Below, piece by piece: positions 11,916 to 23,856 of a stretch of DNA of 64,000 nucleotides; positions within the stretch are counted from its first letter, which is position 1; every line of letters begins with the position of its first letter. The DNA comes from Mobula birostris (Eukaryota): NCBI RefSeq assembly GCF_030028105.1, contig NC_092373.1, positions 45,750,699 through 45,814,698 of the forward strand. Reading direction: 5' to 3'. The notes under the pieces are model-generated. The model was not told where the DNA came from and searched no databases. It was given only the letters and a program-made list of their open reading frames with translations. A program made the translations under genes and the position numbers.

Positions 11916-13317
11916 CTCTGGGAACAGTTCATGGATCAGCCTCTGTCACACTGGGTTGAATTGAGTTAAAATAAACTTCAGTGAGCTTTCCCTTTAACTT
12001 CTCCTTCACTCATTTCTGACTTCACTCCAAGATGCTTTGTACCTCCTTTAACTGCTGTGAAATTGTATTTCCAAGCATTGGCACATCTACTGTTGAATAA
12101 ACCAGGGCCAACTGGCTCTGTCGGGTCAACAGAGAATTGCCATCTGCAGGAAGGACACTTGCAGCCAACAAGCAGCAGAATCATTTTGCAACGCCCAGAG
12201 ACATCTATAGGAAGAAACGTTTTGCTTGAGGTTTCTCATTTGCATTTGTTTCCCTGGATGTGAATGTTTATCATTAGCACCCCACATGCCGATCTTTGTA
12301 AATTAGCAGTTTTATATAAGGATGTGAGGCTCTGTCCATTTATTTATTGCAAGCAGACGCAAGCCATGAAGCCAGGCACCATCTCATTCAATAAATTCAT
12401 AGCACAATAAATTTTGCAGATTGCAATTTTCTGGGCAAGAGAACGCTTCATTTCAAACAAGCAGAATCTCATTTACATGAAATAATTATGCCAGCAAGGC
12501 CCCTGTTGAATTTGAATCAGCCATATGAAATGGAGACTGAATTTTTCTAACATGATTTAATTTGTGACACCCTTAAAGCAAGATGGGGGAGCTGGAAAAA
12601 ACAGATAACAATTGCCGATTCCGTTATACTCAGCAAGTTCCTGTATTGTATTGCAGCATTCTTGGAGCTGGTGGAAGAAAATCCACCTCTGTGCTCTGGC
12701 CTTTACTTGGAGTTGACCAAGAAGCTACAATTCCTCCATGAAACTCTACTTGAATAACCCCTCAGGATTTATCCTCATAATGTACAGTTGTATGTTGGAC
12801 ATGTATAGTTCCACATACCCCAGGCGTTGCTGGTTACCCCTCTTTGATTTTTACTGCTGTCCTGCTCTTCATATCCACCAGCTCTTGTCCCAATCCCCTC
12901 CCTTGCTTCTTTACTATAATGATCATCCCCTTTCTCTTTCATCCAGATGAAAGGTCTCAAACAGACCCGATGGGTTAAATTGCCAAATTCCGCTATTATG
13001 TATTATGGCCTTATGGTTTTATAACGCAAAAGATGGACTGCCTCTTTCTCTCCAAAGATGCTGAATGAGTTGCTACAGCAGCTCATTTAGTGCTGGTCAC
13101 TTATTTTGAACCTATAGGAAATCATAAAGTCCCTTATCTCCATCTCCACTGACTTCTGCCTGAACATAGGTTGCAAATAGTGCAACGGCATAGATTGCCA
13201 GCTCAATCTGTTTTTTGCTTTTAGCTTCTGCCACTCTCACTTGCTCCTCCTTGCTTTAGGGTGGTGAATTGTAGTTCTGCATCCAATTCACTGGCAGGAC
13301 ACATATTGTTACGATTC

Positions 13318-13510
13318 TTCAGATGCTGGAAATCAAGGGCAGCACATAAAATGCTGGAGGAACTCAACAGGTGAGGCAGCATCCATGGAGGCAAATAAAC
13401 AGTCGACGTTTTGGGCCGAGACCTTTCATTCAGACATCTCCCTGATGGAGGGGAGCTTTGACAATGGATGTTTTTTTCTTGGAGTACCGCCTCCATAGAT
13501 ACTACCAAGG
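13318..13510 (-). mobile_element. Old PLE pLTR fragment with degenerate hammerhead
   Basis: cagatgctgg...aaatgctggaggaactca...agtcgacgttttgggccgagacctttcat. Confidence 0.65.
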
Positions 13511-13519
13511 CTGGAAGGG

Positions 13520-14360
13520 ATGTGGCTATGATGTATCAGGCAGTGTTCACTGCTCTTTGTAGCTTCTTATGTTTCTGCATGTACCATGATGCCACAGTAT
13601 CTATAGAGGAGTTTTAGAGTGTTCAGGAACACGCCAAACCTTCTAACCTCCTAAGAAAGTAAAGATGCTGGTGCACCTTTCTAATAATTCCAACTGCATG
13701 ATGGGCCCAGAGCCCATAATACATAATAGCTGAATTTGTTAACACCCAGGAATCTAAACCAGCTGATTGTCTCCACCACTGATCCCCCAGTGAAGTCTGG
13801 CACACGTTTGTGCTCCTTCCTCTTCTTCAAGTCAACAGTTAGCTCTTTATTCTTCCTGATGTTGAGCTGGAGAGCGATTTTGCAGCACCATTCAACCAGG
13901 TGACCTATCTCGCTGATGCAATATCACTCATCACCATTTGTAATTCATTCAATAACAGTGCACTTGAAGATGATTTTGGAACTGTGCTTAACCATGTGCG
14001 TGTAAAGAGTAGAGCAGGGGACTAAGCACACTGCCTTGCAGTACACCTACATTGATGGTCAGTGAAGAAGAGTTGTTATTATCAGTCATCCTTAATTGAA
14101 GTCTGCTATTGAGGAAGTTGAGAATCCTGTTGCGGAGGGAGTTACAAAGGCCCAGGTCTTACAGCCTCCTGGTGAATTTGGGATGAGATGATTGTGTTCA
14201 ACAGCAAGTTATCGTTGATAAACAGCAGCCTGACATAAGCGTTCCTGTTGTCCAGAACGGAGGAAAGAGCCAGAGGAATAACATCTGCTGCATAGGTCAT
14301 TGGAGTGGTGCCAGGTCACCTCTCAGGCAGGGGCTAGTTTGTGACATAACCAGCCTCTGA
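13520..14360 (-). mobile_element. Rex1/Babar LINE RT fragment, degenerate
   Basis: Minus-strand motifs resembling PQGxVLSPLLF and LNxxKxKELxVD; KVHQHLYFLRRL in ORF 13623..13805. Confidence 0.65.
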
Positions 14361-14971
14361 TGGTGAATTATCCACTTGATTTATGTCAGTCCCTGCTTTC
14401 AACTTTATTGTTAGGAATACAAATTATGACAAACGTTTAATGGACAGCTGACTGACAGTTACCACATTTATATGTGTGCATTAATTCTAATTCATTGGTA
14501 ACTTACAAAATACCTTGGTATTGCTTCCCTAACACTTTGAACTCACTTCCGTTCGTGGGCCATAAGAAGAGATATCCCCGCTAGCCCGCATTTTCTATAT
14601 TGTCTGCATTGCCATTGACAATACAAATTTTCTTTATATTTGGCAGAATAATTTTGTATTTAGTGAGGTCTGTAGGCTACTCTAATAACGTGACAGTACA
14701 GTATTTATACATCAAAAGGGTTAAAGGCATATTTGCAAAGTAGAATATTTATGTACGGTAAAGCTGAGTCTTTAAGGTCTTGCTCCAGCAAATGTTCAGT
14801 TCAAAGTGTTTGCCTGTCCTGCAGGGTTCACCATGTCCATGCACAAGTCAGTGAAGTTTGCCACCACTTTCATGCTGCTCACATTCTTTAAAAGAGAAAC
14901 TATCTTTGATTGTATCTCCTTTATATTTTTAACAGAAAGCATAAACACTTCATGAGATACCACAGCTGCAA

Positions 14972-15068
14972 CATGCACAAAATGCTGGAGGAGCTCAGCA
15001 TGTCAGGCAGCTCCTATGGAAAGGAATACCCAGTCAATGCTTCAGGCTGAGACTCTTCATCAGGACCC
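14972..15068 (-). mobile_element. Old PLE pLTR end fragment
   Basis: cacaaaatgctggaggagctcagca...ggctgagactcttcatcaggac. Confidence 0.6.
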
Positions 15069-15417
15069 TTCAAATGATTTCAAATGACTTGATATTTGAA
15101 ATGTAAAATCTCCTTATTGATTTGCTGTTGAATCAACTTTTGAACACTTAAGTACTGGATCTGAACTCAAGGAAGTTTCTGTTTCTTTGTCATACCTTTT
15201 TGGATTTATCACTATCTATATGCCCTGCGTCTGTAATTTTTTGCTGTGCTTCCTTTTGTGCCCACTTGACCCTAAGAACACATGTATTTTGCTCTGCTTG
15301 ATATTCTGATTAGGGTAATAGTGATTTCTCTGGAGGCAGAGAGGCAGCTGGACCAGGTACACGAACAGCATTTAAAAGACATTGGGATAGGAATACATCA
15401 CTGGGAAAGTTTTAGAG

Positions 15418-15493
15418 CGGCGATACCCAGCCTTTTTTATGCCATGGAGCAACATGAAGCAAGTGGTCCATGGACCCCAGGTTGGAACTCCTG
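15418..15493. mobile_element. Tiny degenerate hAT-type MITE inserted into an old CR1 3' fragment (~15310-15592)
   Basis: Ends cggcgatacccagcc...ggttggaactcctg; imperfect 8-bp TSD ttttagag / ctttagaa. Confidence 0.5.
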
Positions 15494-18400
15494 CTTTAGA
15501 AGAATATAGGCAAAATGTGGGAATATAGGACTATATTAGACAGGCATCTTAGCTGCCATGGGCTGGTTGCTGAAGGACCTATTTCTATGACTTTTTGATT
15601 TATTTGTTTCTGTTCAATCTACTGAATTTGGTAGAACTAACCTCAAATATTCTTTTCTTCATCAAGAGATCTGTAGGTGTAGACACCGTGGTAGCCTGCA
15701 GGATTGTTCTGTATTTCAATAAAACATGTCAAAAATGTGAATTTTTAGTATCCCTGCAATTTTTCCTTCTTCATTCCTTCTTAACAATTCTGTCTGAGCT
15801 CTTAGCTGCTCCTTTTGAAGTCATATGGTATGAAGGAACAAGGAATGTTTGATTTTGTTTCACTATGTCTGCAAATAAAATAGATTGAAACATTGAGTCA
15901 TTGTCAGAAACAACCTCTTCAGGCAAGAAAAGGTGTGTGTACATATAGAGCTCAAATTATTTATAGTACAGGCCTCAGTAGTATATCCATGCACTGCATT
16001 TTGACTTTCAGTGACAATCGATAAACTGCAGAAAATTATTTCCTATTTCTAAAAACTGTGAAAATTGAAACTTAGGTTTTTCAGAACTTCGGACATTAGC
16101 ATGTTTGCACGGGAATTTTTAATAGCTTGTTTCTAAAACTTTGCCCATATTACAGTTGCTTACAAATGGTAAATGCCATTGTGCAAAAGGCACGAGGAAA
16201 CAAAACCTCCTGCAATTGCATTGGTACAGAATATATCAGTGTGTTTAGAACGAAATTCAGCCAAAACATTTCGCTGAGAGTGGGTACCACTATTCTGAGA
16301 GCCTCCTGTTTTGCATCATGTGACAACTGATTGCAATAACTGTGCAATAATTTTAATTCTTTGTCAGTACACTGGTGAAATTCCATCCAGCCTTTTTTTG
16401 TCTGTTTATAGACTGTAATGTCTTTATGGATTATATCTGTGATTTTGGAAAATTGCCTTTTATAGTTAGGCTTTAATATTGGCATTTGTGGCTTACTATC
16501 TATTGCAATAATAAAAGATCTGTCAACTAAAAAGAAGTGGAGTTTCTTGATTCTAGACACTGTTCCTTCTCAATTTGTATATAGTTGTGCTCATGCTCAG
16601 TGAAGGGATGAGAAACAAATAGCATTCCAGTATGCATTGCATATGCAAACACAACATCATTAGGCCAATTACATATTGACTTGTTCTGAACAAGGAGAAG
16701 TTCACTAGCTAATTATTTCTTATGTTCGTTGTATACACATTTTTGCTTATTGCTTCATATTCATTTAGCATGCATTTCAGCAATTATCTGAGTATCATTG
16801 CAAGATCTAAAAGAAATCACAAATGTATCTATAATATTGTTAGAACCTCGGCTTCACTATATTATCAGGCTTTAACACATTGGTGATAGACATTGCCTTT
16901 TTCTTCAGGAAGTCATCTGCTACTGGCTTTTCCAAAATTAAGACACGCTGCTTCTCATTGCAAAATGGGCATTTGCTTGACTTCAGCTTCACATTATGTT
17001 GAGGGAATTCCAAAACACTTCCTCTAAATTTACAAGGTTCATTTCCTCACTGATAGCAATTAACTGATCATCATGGATACATGAACAATGCATTATTCTT
17101 TGCAGGATTTTATCTGTGGTGGCTAGTTGGATGAAGCCTTTTGAATGGAGAGATACTTGTGCATGTTGATGGTAAGACACTGCTGACAATCTATGATATT
17201 CGATTGTGTACAGACTTGGGAAAGGACCAATTCTGTGAATAACTTAATCGTGCTAACTTGCGGGTATTGTTCATTATCTATGGATGAATTTTGTGCAACG
17301 TTGTTGTCTCCATACATTTATTTGTGTGCCTTAGACACTCTCACAATTGACATGGTTTCTCCAGAAGGATTTCATAATCATAGCACTTTGTTCTAGCCTA
17401 CCATTTTCCATCTCATTTGACACTTTAGAGCACACAGAATTAGCCTGGCTTGTAATGGACTAGCTTTGCATCTGGTCTGATGCAAATATTTATCTTTTAC
17501 CTTGTTATGACAGAATAACTGCCTTCAAATTTATTATCATACCATTCCAACATTAGTCAAGGTGTAACTTTGAAGTGTCAATGGAGTAAGAGTTCTTTCA
17601 ATCAATCTTTCATTTCAGCCAGTCTCCTCCATTAAAGTTGACCAGCTACATTGAAGAATAGACATGCCATTTTCAGCTATGCTGCCATTTGCCCCAATAT
17701 TTGTAAAACCTAACCATAGTAGGTCATCAAAGGTTAATTTGTCATCAAAGTATACAACTGAAAATTCCTCTTTAGCATAAAATTGCTTTCTATTAATGTT
17801 ATATAGCTAAACCCACTCAACAACGACAAGCTTAACAATGGATGGAGTAGATGAGTGATTAGTCAATGCTACCATGTCTTACAGTTACGGTTATTATCAG
17901 GCACTTTGTCAATACAAACAATATTGAAGAGCAATTACCATTGTCTTCAGCAGTTTGTTAATATTGCCACAAACTTATTAAGGCAGAGTAAATAAAGGGC
18001 AGTAGTTTATTTGTTGGCAAGATTGAATACTTAACCACTACATTTCATACACATTGAACATTTCAACTCCCAAATGAGTGTTCCAGTCAATGGAAGCAGG
18101 TGTGCGATATGAATTTTCTGTCCCACTGGCTTACAGTACATATTGAGTACATAGACATACTGTATACAGACACTCTACAGTTAAGAATTTAGATCAGTGA
18201 AATACTATACTGAAAATGCTGAAAGCCTTATTTGCTACTTTATACACCATTCTGAACACGGAGAATTTGCAAATCTAAGATTCAGCATTTTATTTCTAAA
18301 CATTGAAATGGAGCAAGTGAATTTCCTTTGCATTTCTTGCCAGGTTCTTTTGAGGTGGGATAAAGCAATTGCTCAAAATGCTACCTGCAAGCTTGCAGCT

Positions 18401-19078
18401 TGAATATACCCCTGAACAGCAAAGTGGCTTCCTGCAAAGTACATTACTTTCTGGTGTTGAACCATCTGAGCCCGCACTTTCAGTGTTTACTCTAAAAATG
18501 AAGGAGTCTAGGCTATTGCTTTCAATGCATACTTTCAGTGGAATAAGTGGTCATTTCCCATCATACCTACAAGGGCTGTTTTCTCTGTGGTTTCTTGAAC
18601 ACTAAATAACGGTAGTTAAGTTACAGTTCAATTATTGAGTTCCCAAACTCAAATCAATTGTATCATTGCCCTTTTGGGAATTTTCTGCATGCTGGCACAT
18701 GTGAATTTTGAGGAAAATGTTAACCTAACACAATTTGATTAAGACAATACTTGCTTGTTGCTGTGGCTGATGCGGTTCAGACACAAATGGTTGAGATCTT
18801 GGTTTTTGTTAGGTTAATTGATCACTCTAAATTGCCTCTTGTTTGGTGTGTGGTAGAATCTGGGGAGAGTTAATGGGTATGTAGGAAAGCTAAAAAAAAA
18901 TGGGATAGTTGACAGACTCTGTGGGGTGATAACCAAGGCTTTTTCCATTCACTGTTAAACGTGGGTAAGTTCTATGCAAAGTATAGACAACAATTCCTTC
19001 CTTTTCAAGTATTATTCCATTTTAGCACAGAATCTTTCAGAATCTGAATGTCAAAGTGAAAATCAAGTTTATTGTCAT

Positions 19079-19136
19079 GTAACAAACATCAAAGTTGCTG
19101 TGTGTTGCTTGAATTTCCAGCATCTGCAGAATTCCT
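19079..19136. mobile_element. Micro inverted PLE insertion (terminal sequences only)
   Basis: aacaaacatcaaagttgct (minus-strand pLTR end) is joined to gtgtgttgcttgaatttccagcatctgcagaattcct (plus-strand pLTR end). 12-bp TSD gtttattgtcat at 19067-19078 and 19137-19148. Confidence 0.8.
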
Positions 19137-19757
19137 GTTTATTGTCATATGTACAGGTCAATGAAAAACTTACTTGCAGCGACATCACTGGCGGTTGACT
19201 TCAGATAAGTAGATTTGTCAAGAAAATCGTAACATTAATTATGCACAATTTCTACAAGAAAACAATTAGGACAAAAAAGGGCCATTGTGGTGCAAAATGG
19301 TCAAGGTGGTGTGTGTTGCTATACTGAGGTAATGGTTAGGGTTGTGTATACTATTTCAAGAACTGAACAGTTGATTGGAATAGGCTGTTCTTGAAGCTGG
19401 TGATACGAGACTTCAGACTTCTCTACCTCCTCCCTGATGTTAGCTGCAAGATGATATTATGGCCCAGATCGTGGGGATCTTTGATGATGAATGTTACCTC
19501 TTGAGTCAGCATCTTCTGTAGATACCACCAATGGCGGGAGGAGATGTCCGCATGACGTACTGGGCTAAGTCCATTACAGATTCCTACATTTCTGCGCATT
19601 TATATTGCTTTACTAGACAAGATGCAACCAGTTGGGATATTTTTAATAGTCCATCTATAGAAGTTTGTTAGTGTTTGGTGACATGCCAAATCTCTTTAAC
19701 CTTTTAAGAAGATGCTGGTGTCTTCCTTGTGATTGTATCTATGCGCTGGACAGGTCA
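19137..19757 (-). mobile_element. Rex1/Babar LINE 3' fragment, degenerate
   Basis: gctgttcttgaagctggtg; gggatctttgatgatg; tctttaaccttttaagaagatgctgg, resembling the other Rex1/Babar copies in the window. Confidence 0.6.
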
Positions 19758-20671
19758 CCTTGAGTACATCAATAATGAATTTAATGTTAGTTGCCAATTA
19801 AGATTGTAGCTTATACCAAAAACACTTTGAGAATCATCCATAGGCCTGACACCATAATGACCATTAGTGCACAATGAGATCTTTGAATATTTGATAGTGC
19901 CAAGTCCATGGTGAATGTTTTTGGAAACTGCAGCCACTGTCGAAGAAGATCATCAAAGGTACGTGGATTATTTTTTCATACAAGGAGAAAGCATGGTTAA
20001 TATGTAAGACTTTAATAGAAGGTGATTCGTAATAAATGCAACACTTTAAATTAATTTATTAAATGTACTTAGGATGCTAGGGTCTAAGCTGTTTGTTCCG
20101 TGTTACCATCATATAAATTTAATGAACTTTACATTTTTTCCAAGTTAATGTGATAATAGATCCATTTTATTATTATTTCACCAGCTACAAATGTGTGTTT
20201 TTGTAATTCCACCCAAATTCTGCATGGGACACTTTGCTGAAACTATAGAGAGAAAACAATTTGCCTGCCAAAATTTTGTTTACAATAGCCCTCCTTTCTT
20301 TTTCAGGCCCTCCCCACTAGTTTTGATGAAAATTTATTATGTGACAAATTAGGAAAATACTGAAGAAGTTTCACACAGATGACTTCACAGTCATACAGCA
20401 ATTGTGATTGATTACTGAGTTTAAAGTTCCCTAAAACACAGGCAAAGACAGAGAGAACTGAAATAAGAAAGCAAAACCACAAAAGGCATGTTAAAAGCAA
20501 ACATCTGTATAATCTAAATAGCACAATCATGTAACAACAGCCACATGTCAATGTTCAACTAATTAATTCCAGTGCAAGTTAAAGCACCTCTTTCTTTTTT
20601 CCTTGTTCTATTTTAACATTATCTCTGCTTCAAACAAACAAATATCCTTTTTGAACAGGCAGTTCTATTAA

Positions 20672-20816
20672 ATTAGGGTCCTGCTGAAGTGTCTTAGCCT
20701 GGAATGTCCACAGTTTACTCTTTTCCATAGCTGTTGTCTGGCCTGCTGATTTCCTCCAGCATTGTGTGTGTGTGTTGCTTGGATTTCCATCATCTGCAGA
20801 ATTTCTCTTGTTTGTG
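20672..20816 (+). mobile_element. Old PLE pLTR end fragment
   Basis: gtcctgctgaagtgtctt...gcctgctgatttcctccagcattgtgtgtg..ttgcttggatttccatcatctgcaga. Confidence 0.65.
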
Positions 20817-22292
20817 AGCATACAGTTTTAACTTTGCACCATTCTGTGCATTTATTGACATATTCCCTGCCCAGAAATCAGTCTCATTCTCAGGCTCAGC
20901 TTTTCGTTGGTTGGGGAGCATTCTAGAGCAGGGTTCAATGCTTTCCACATTGTTCAATCCTAAATCTGTTGGCTTAGCCTTTAAATTAGTCCATGTTTAC
21001 TTGTTTAGGTGGATAGCAAACAAAATATCCAAGACCAATATTCCCTGTCTTTCCTAACAACCTGCACCTTACAAACACCATTCTACTAATGTTCTGGCCA
21101 ATATTTATCTCTCAATTAATTTCTATGAAGGGTAAGTTAACTGGTCACTATCATATTGATGCCTGCTGTGCACAAAAAATGGCTACTGTACTTCTCTGGC
21201 ACTAGAACTATCCAAAAGTTAATTCTGAATAATTTGATACAAATATCATCAATCAAAATCTTCAATAATGATTATAAAGTGTTCATTTATTCATTCTTTT
21301 GGCTATTTTTCTGCCCTGCTACAAACGATATTTTATGTTGAGTAATAACTGCAGTCCTTAAGAGCAGGAGCTGTAAACTGTGCTGCCCTTTTCTTACAGC
21401 CAGCTTGCACTGACTTCAATTGCCCCAAGTGCTCATCATAAATAACCAGAGAGACAACTCCTGGGAAAACTCTTAAACAATCTATCATCTGCTCTCACTT
21501 TAAATTTGTTATTTTTCCTTTATTGGCCCATCTGCATAGCAATCAACATAATAGCAGAGCGTGAGAATACAGGCTGCCGCAGGGAGCCAAGACATTGGAG
21601 CAGAAGACTAGCCAACCATTTCCAGACACATTAGATTAAATGTTATCTGGAGCTCATGGCTTTATGATATCCAGTTCATAAATAGATCTCATAATGTCAC
21701 ACTTTATAATCATTGCTGAAAAATGTAATCAATAATATTGGCAGAGCTATATTAAATTGTTCTGATGCCCTTTGCTTTTTGACATTGCTGTAACTGTATT
21801 CTTATGATTTTTGTGACAGATTTTGTTATAAGATGGAATCCAACATGGTTTCCAGAATTCCTAAGAATTTCAGACAGAAAACTGACATGAGTATGTACTC
21901 TATCAATTACATCCAATTAACAGGTGTATTCTTTGAGTTTACCAAATAAATTAATGATAGATCATTATAATTCTCTCAGACATTTTTTGAAAGTCTATCA
22001 GCCTATCAGTCTGATACTTTGCTACACTGCTTACTTTGCAGGCATTGCAATCCTCTTAGGTAATTGTGGCCAGGAGTATTATTCTGAAAACTCAAGAATT
22101 ATGATTGTTGATGTGGACAGCTTTATTGATGACTTCTTTTATGGTTTGATACTATTTGTGATGCTCTCGAAAATGTGAGTCATAGCTTTGGAATTTCAAA
22201 GGGAGATCTACATCACATTAAAAGCTAGAAATTGCTTTGCAGCCACGTTTTCCTCTGACAGTGGAACACATTCACAGGGTTTTGGCTTCAAA

Positions 22293-23036
22293 GGCAGCAA
22301 TCCTGCACTTAATATCAGTAAGACCAAAGAATTGATTGTGAACTTCAGGAAAGGTAAGTTGAGGGAACACACACAAGTCCTCATCAAGGGATCAGAATTG
22401 GAAAGGGTGAGCAGTTTCAAGTTTCTGGGTGTCAACATCTCCGATGATCTACCCTGGGCCCAACATATTGATGCCATTGCAAAGACAATACAAAAGTGGC
22501 TATATATTATTAGGAGTTTGAGGAAACTTGGTAGGTCACCAAGCCACTTTCAAAGTTCTTCAGATGTATCATGGAGAGCATTCCAATCGGTTGCATCACT
22601 GTCCAGTATGGAGGGGCCACTGCATGGGATCAGAAAAAGTTGCAGAAAGTTGTAAACTCAGCCAGCTCCAGGATGAGCACTAGTCTCCCAGCATCCAGGA
22701 CACCTTTAAAAGGTGATGCTTCAGAAAGGTGGCATCCATCATTAAGGACCCCCATCACCCAGGATGTACTCTCTTCGCATTGCTACTGTCAAGTGGGAGG
22801 CACTTGAACCTGAAGGTAACATTTCAGGAACTACTTCTTCCCCTCTGAATGGACAATGAACCAATGAATGCTTCCTCAGTATTTTTCCTTCTGTTTTTGA
22901 AAGACTTCTATAATTTATTTTTCAAGTATACTTTTTATTGTAATTTTTAGTTTTTATTACTACGTATTGGAATGTACAGCTGCCACAAAACAACATATAT
23001 CAATGAAATTAAACCTGATTCTGATTCTGATTCTGA
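22293..23036 (+). mobile_element. Rex1/Babar LINE 3' fragment
   Basis: LNISKTKELIVNFRK...ERVSSFKFLGVNISDDLPWAQHID; ends in a (ctgatt)n tail. Confidence 0.85.
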
Positions 23037-23166
23037 GTTGATGCCACTCAAAGATCACAGAGAACTAATATTCCCTTACACAGCTTATTCAGATGGAAGC
23101 TTGAAAACTTGCATTATGTGTTTGCATTTAGTATATTTATTTGATGGTAGGCAGCAGTATTAGTAG

Positions 23167-23407
23167 ATACGTAAACATGAGGAAATCTGTAGATGCTGGG
23201 ATTTCAAGCAACACACCTAAAAGTTGCTGGTGTACGCGCAGGCCAAGCAGCATCTCTAGGAAGAGGTAGAGTCACATTTCGGGCCGAGACCCTTTGTCAG
23301 GACTAGATGAAGGGCTAGTCCTGACGAAGGTTCTCAGCCAGAAACGTCGACTGTACCTCTTCCTAGAGATGCCGCCTGGCTTGCTGTGTTCACCAGCAAC
23401 TTTTAGG
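23167..23407. mobile_element. Palindromic mini-PLE: two pLTR ends in inverted orientation
   Basis: Arms 23216-23306 and 23315-23407 around an 8-nt loop atgaaggg; 11-bp TSD agtattagtag at 23156-23166 and 23408-23418. Confidence 0.9.
23317..23352 (+). ncRNA. Minimal type I hammerhead ribozyme motif
   Basis: AGUC-CUGACGA-AGGUUCUCAGCCA-GAAA-CG-UC-GACU; stem II partly altered. Confidence 0.65.
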
Positions 23408-23856
23408 AGTATTAGTAGTTATGTATTTTCTGCTGTCTGAAGTTCAATTAAAATACAAGCAAAAACTCTCTCTTGAAACTATATGCAATTCTTCGGAACT
23501 TCTATAGTGTCACTAGGGTAATATATTAGCTTTAGGTCAACCTTGTTTGTGCATTTGAAAAGTCTGGGGAAGTTTTCACTCTGCTTACAAAACACTTAGT
23601 GAAACCCTTGGTGTTTTAGAAGATGTTCCGGTGCTCTATATAAATCAGTAAATAATCCATGCAATTTACAGCCTGCCTAATATCAACGTTACTACAATGT
23701 TACTGTTGAAATTATGCAACCCATGCTATATATTAAAGTTGTTGTCCACTTTCAAACTTCTATATTGAATTAAAAGTGAGAATTATATAAAAAAAACTTA
23801 TTGATACTCAGTCATATACCAACGCCACTTGCTCCACATTCTCCTGCTGAGTAAAT

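Noticed and set aside
16150-16560. 136-aa ORF in unique sequence
   Set aside because: Non-ATG start, no recognisable domain or splice context; about one ORF of this length is expected by chance in six frames.
17106-17171. 66-nt exon-like segment (ttctttgcag ... gtaaga)
   Set aside because: Stops in all three frames; at most non-coding and unsupported.
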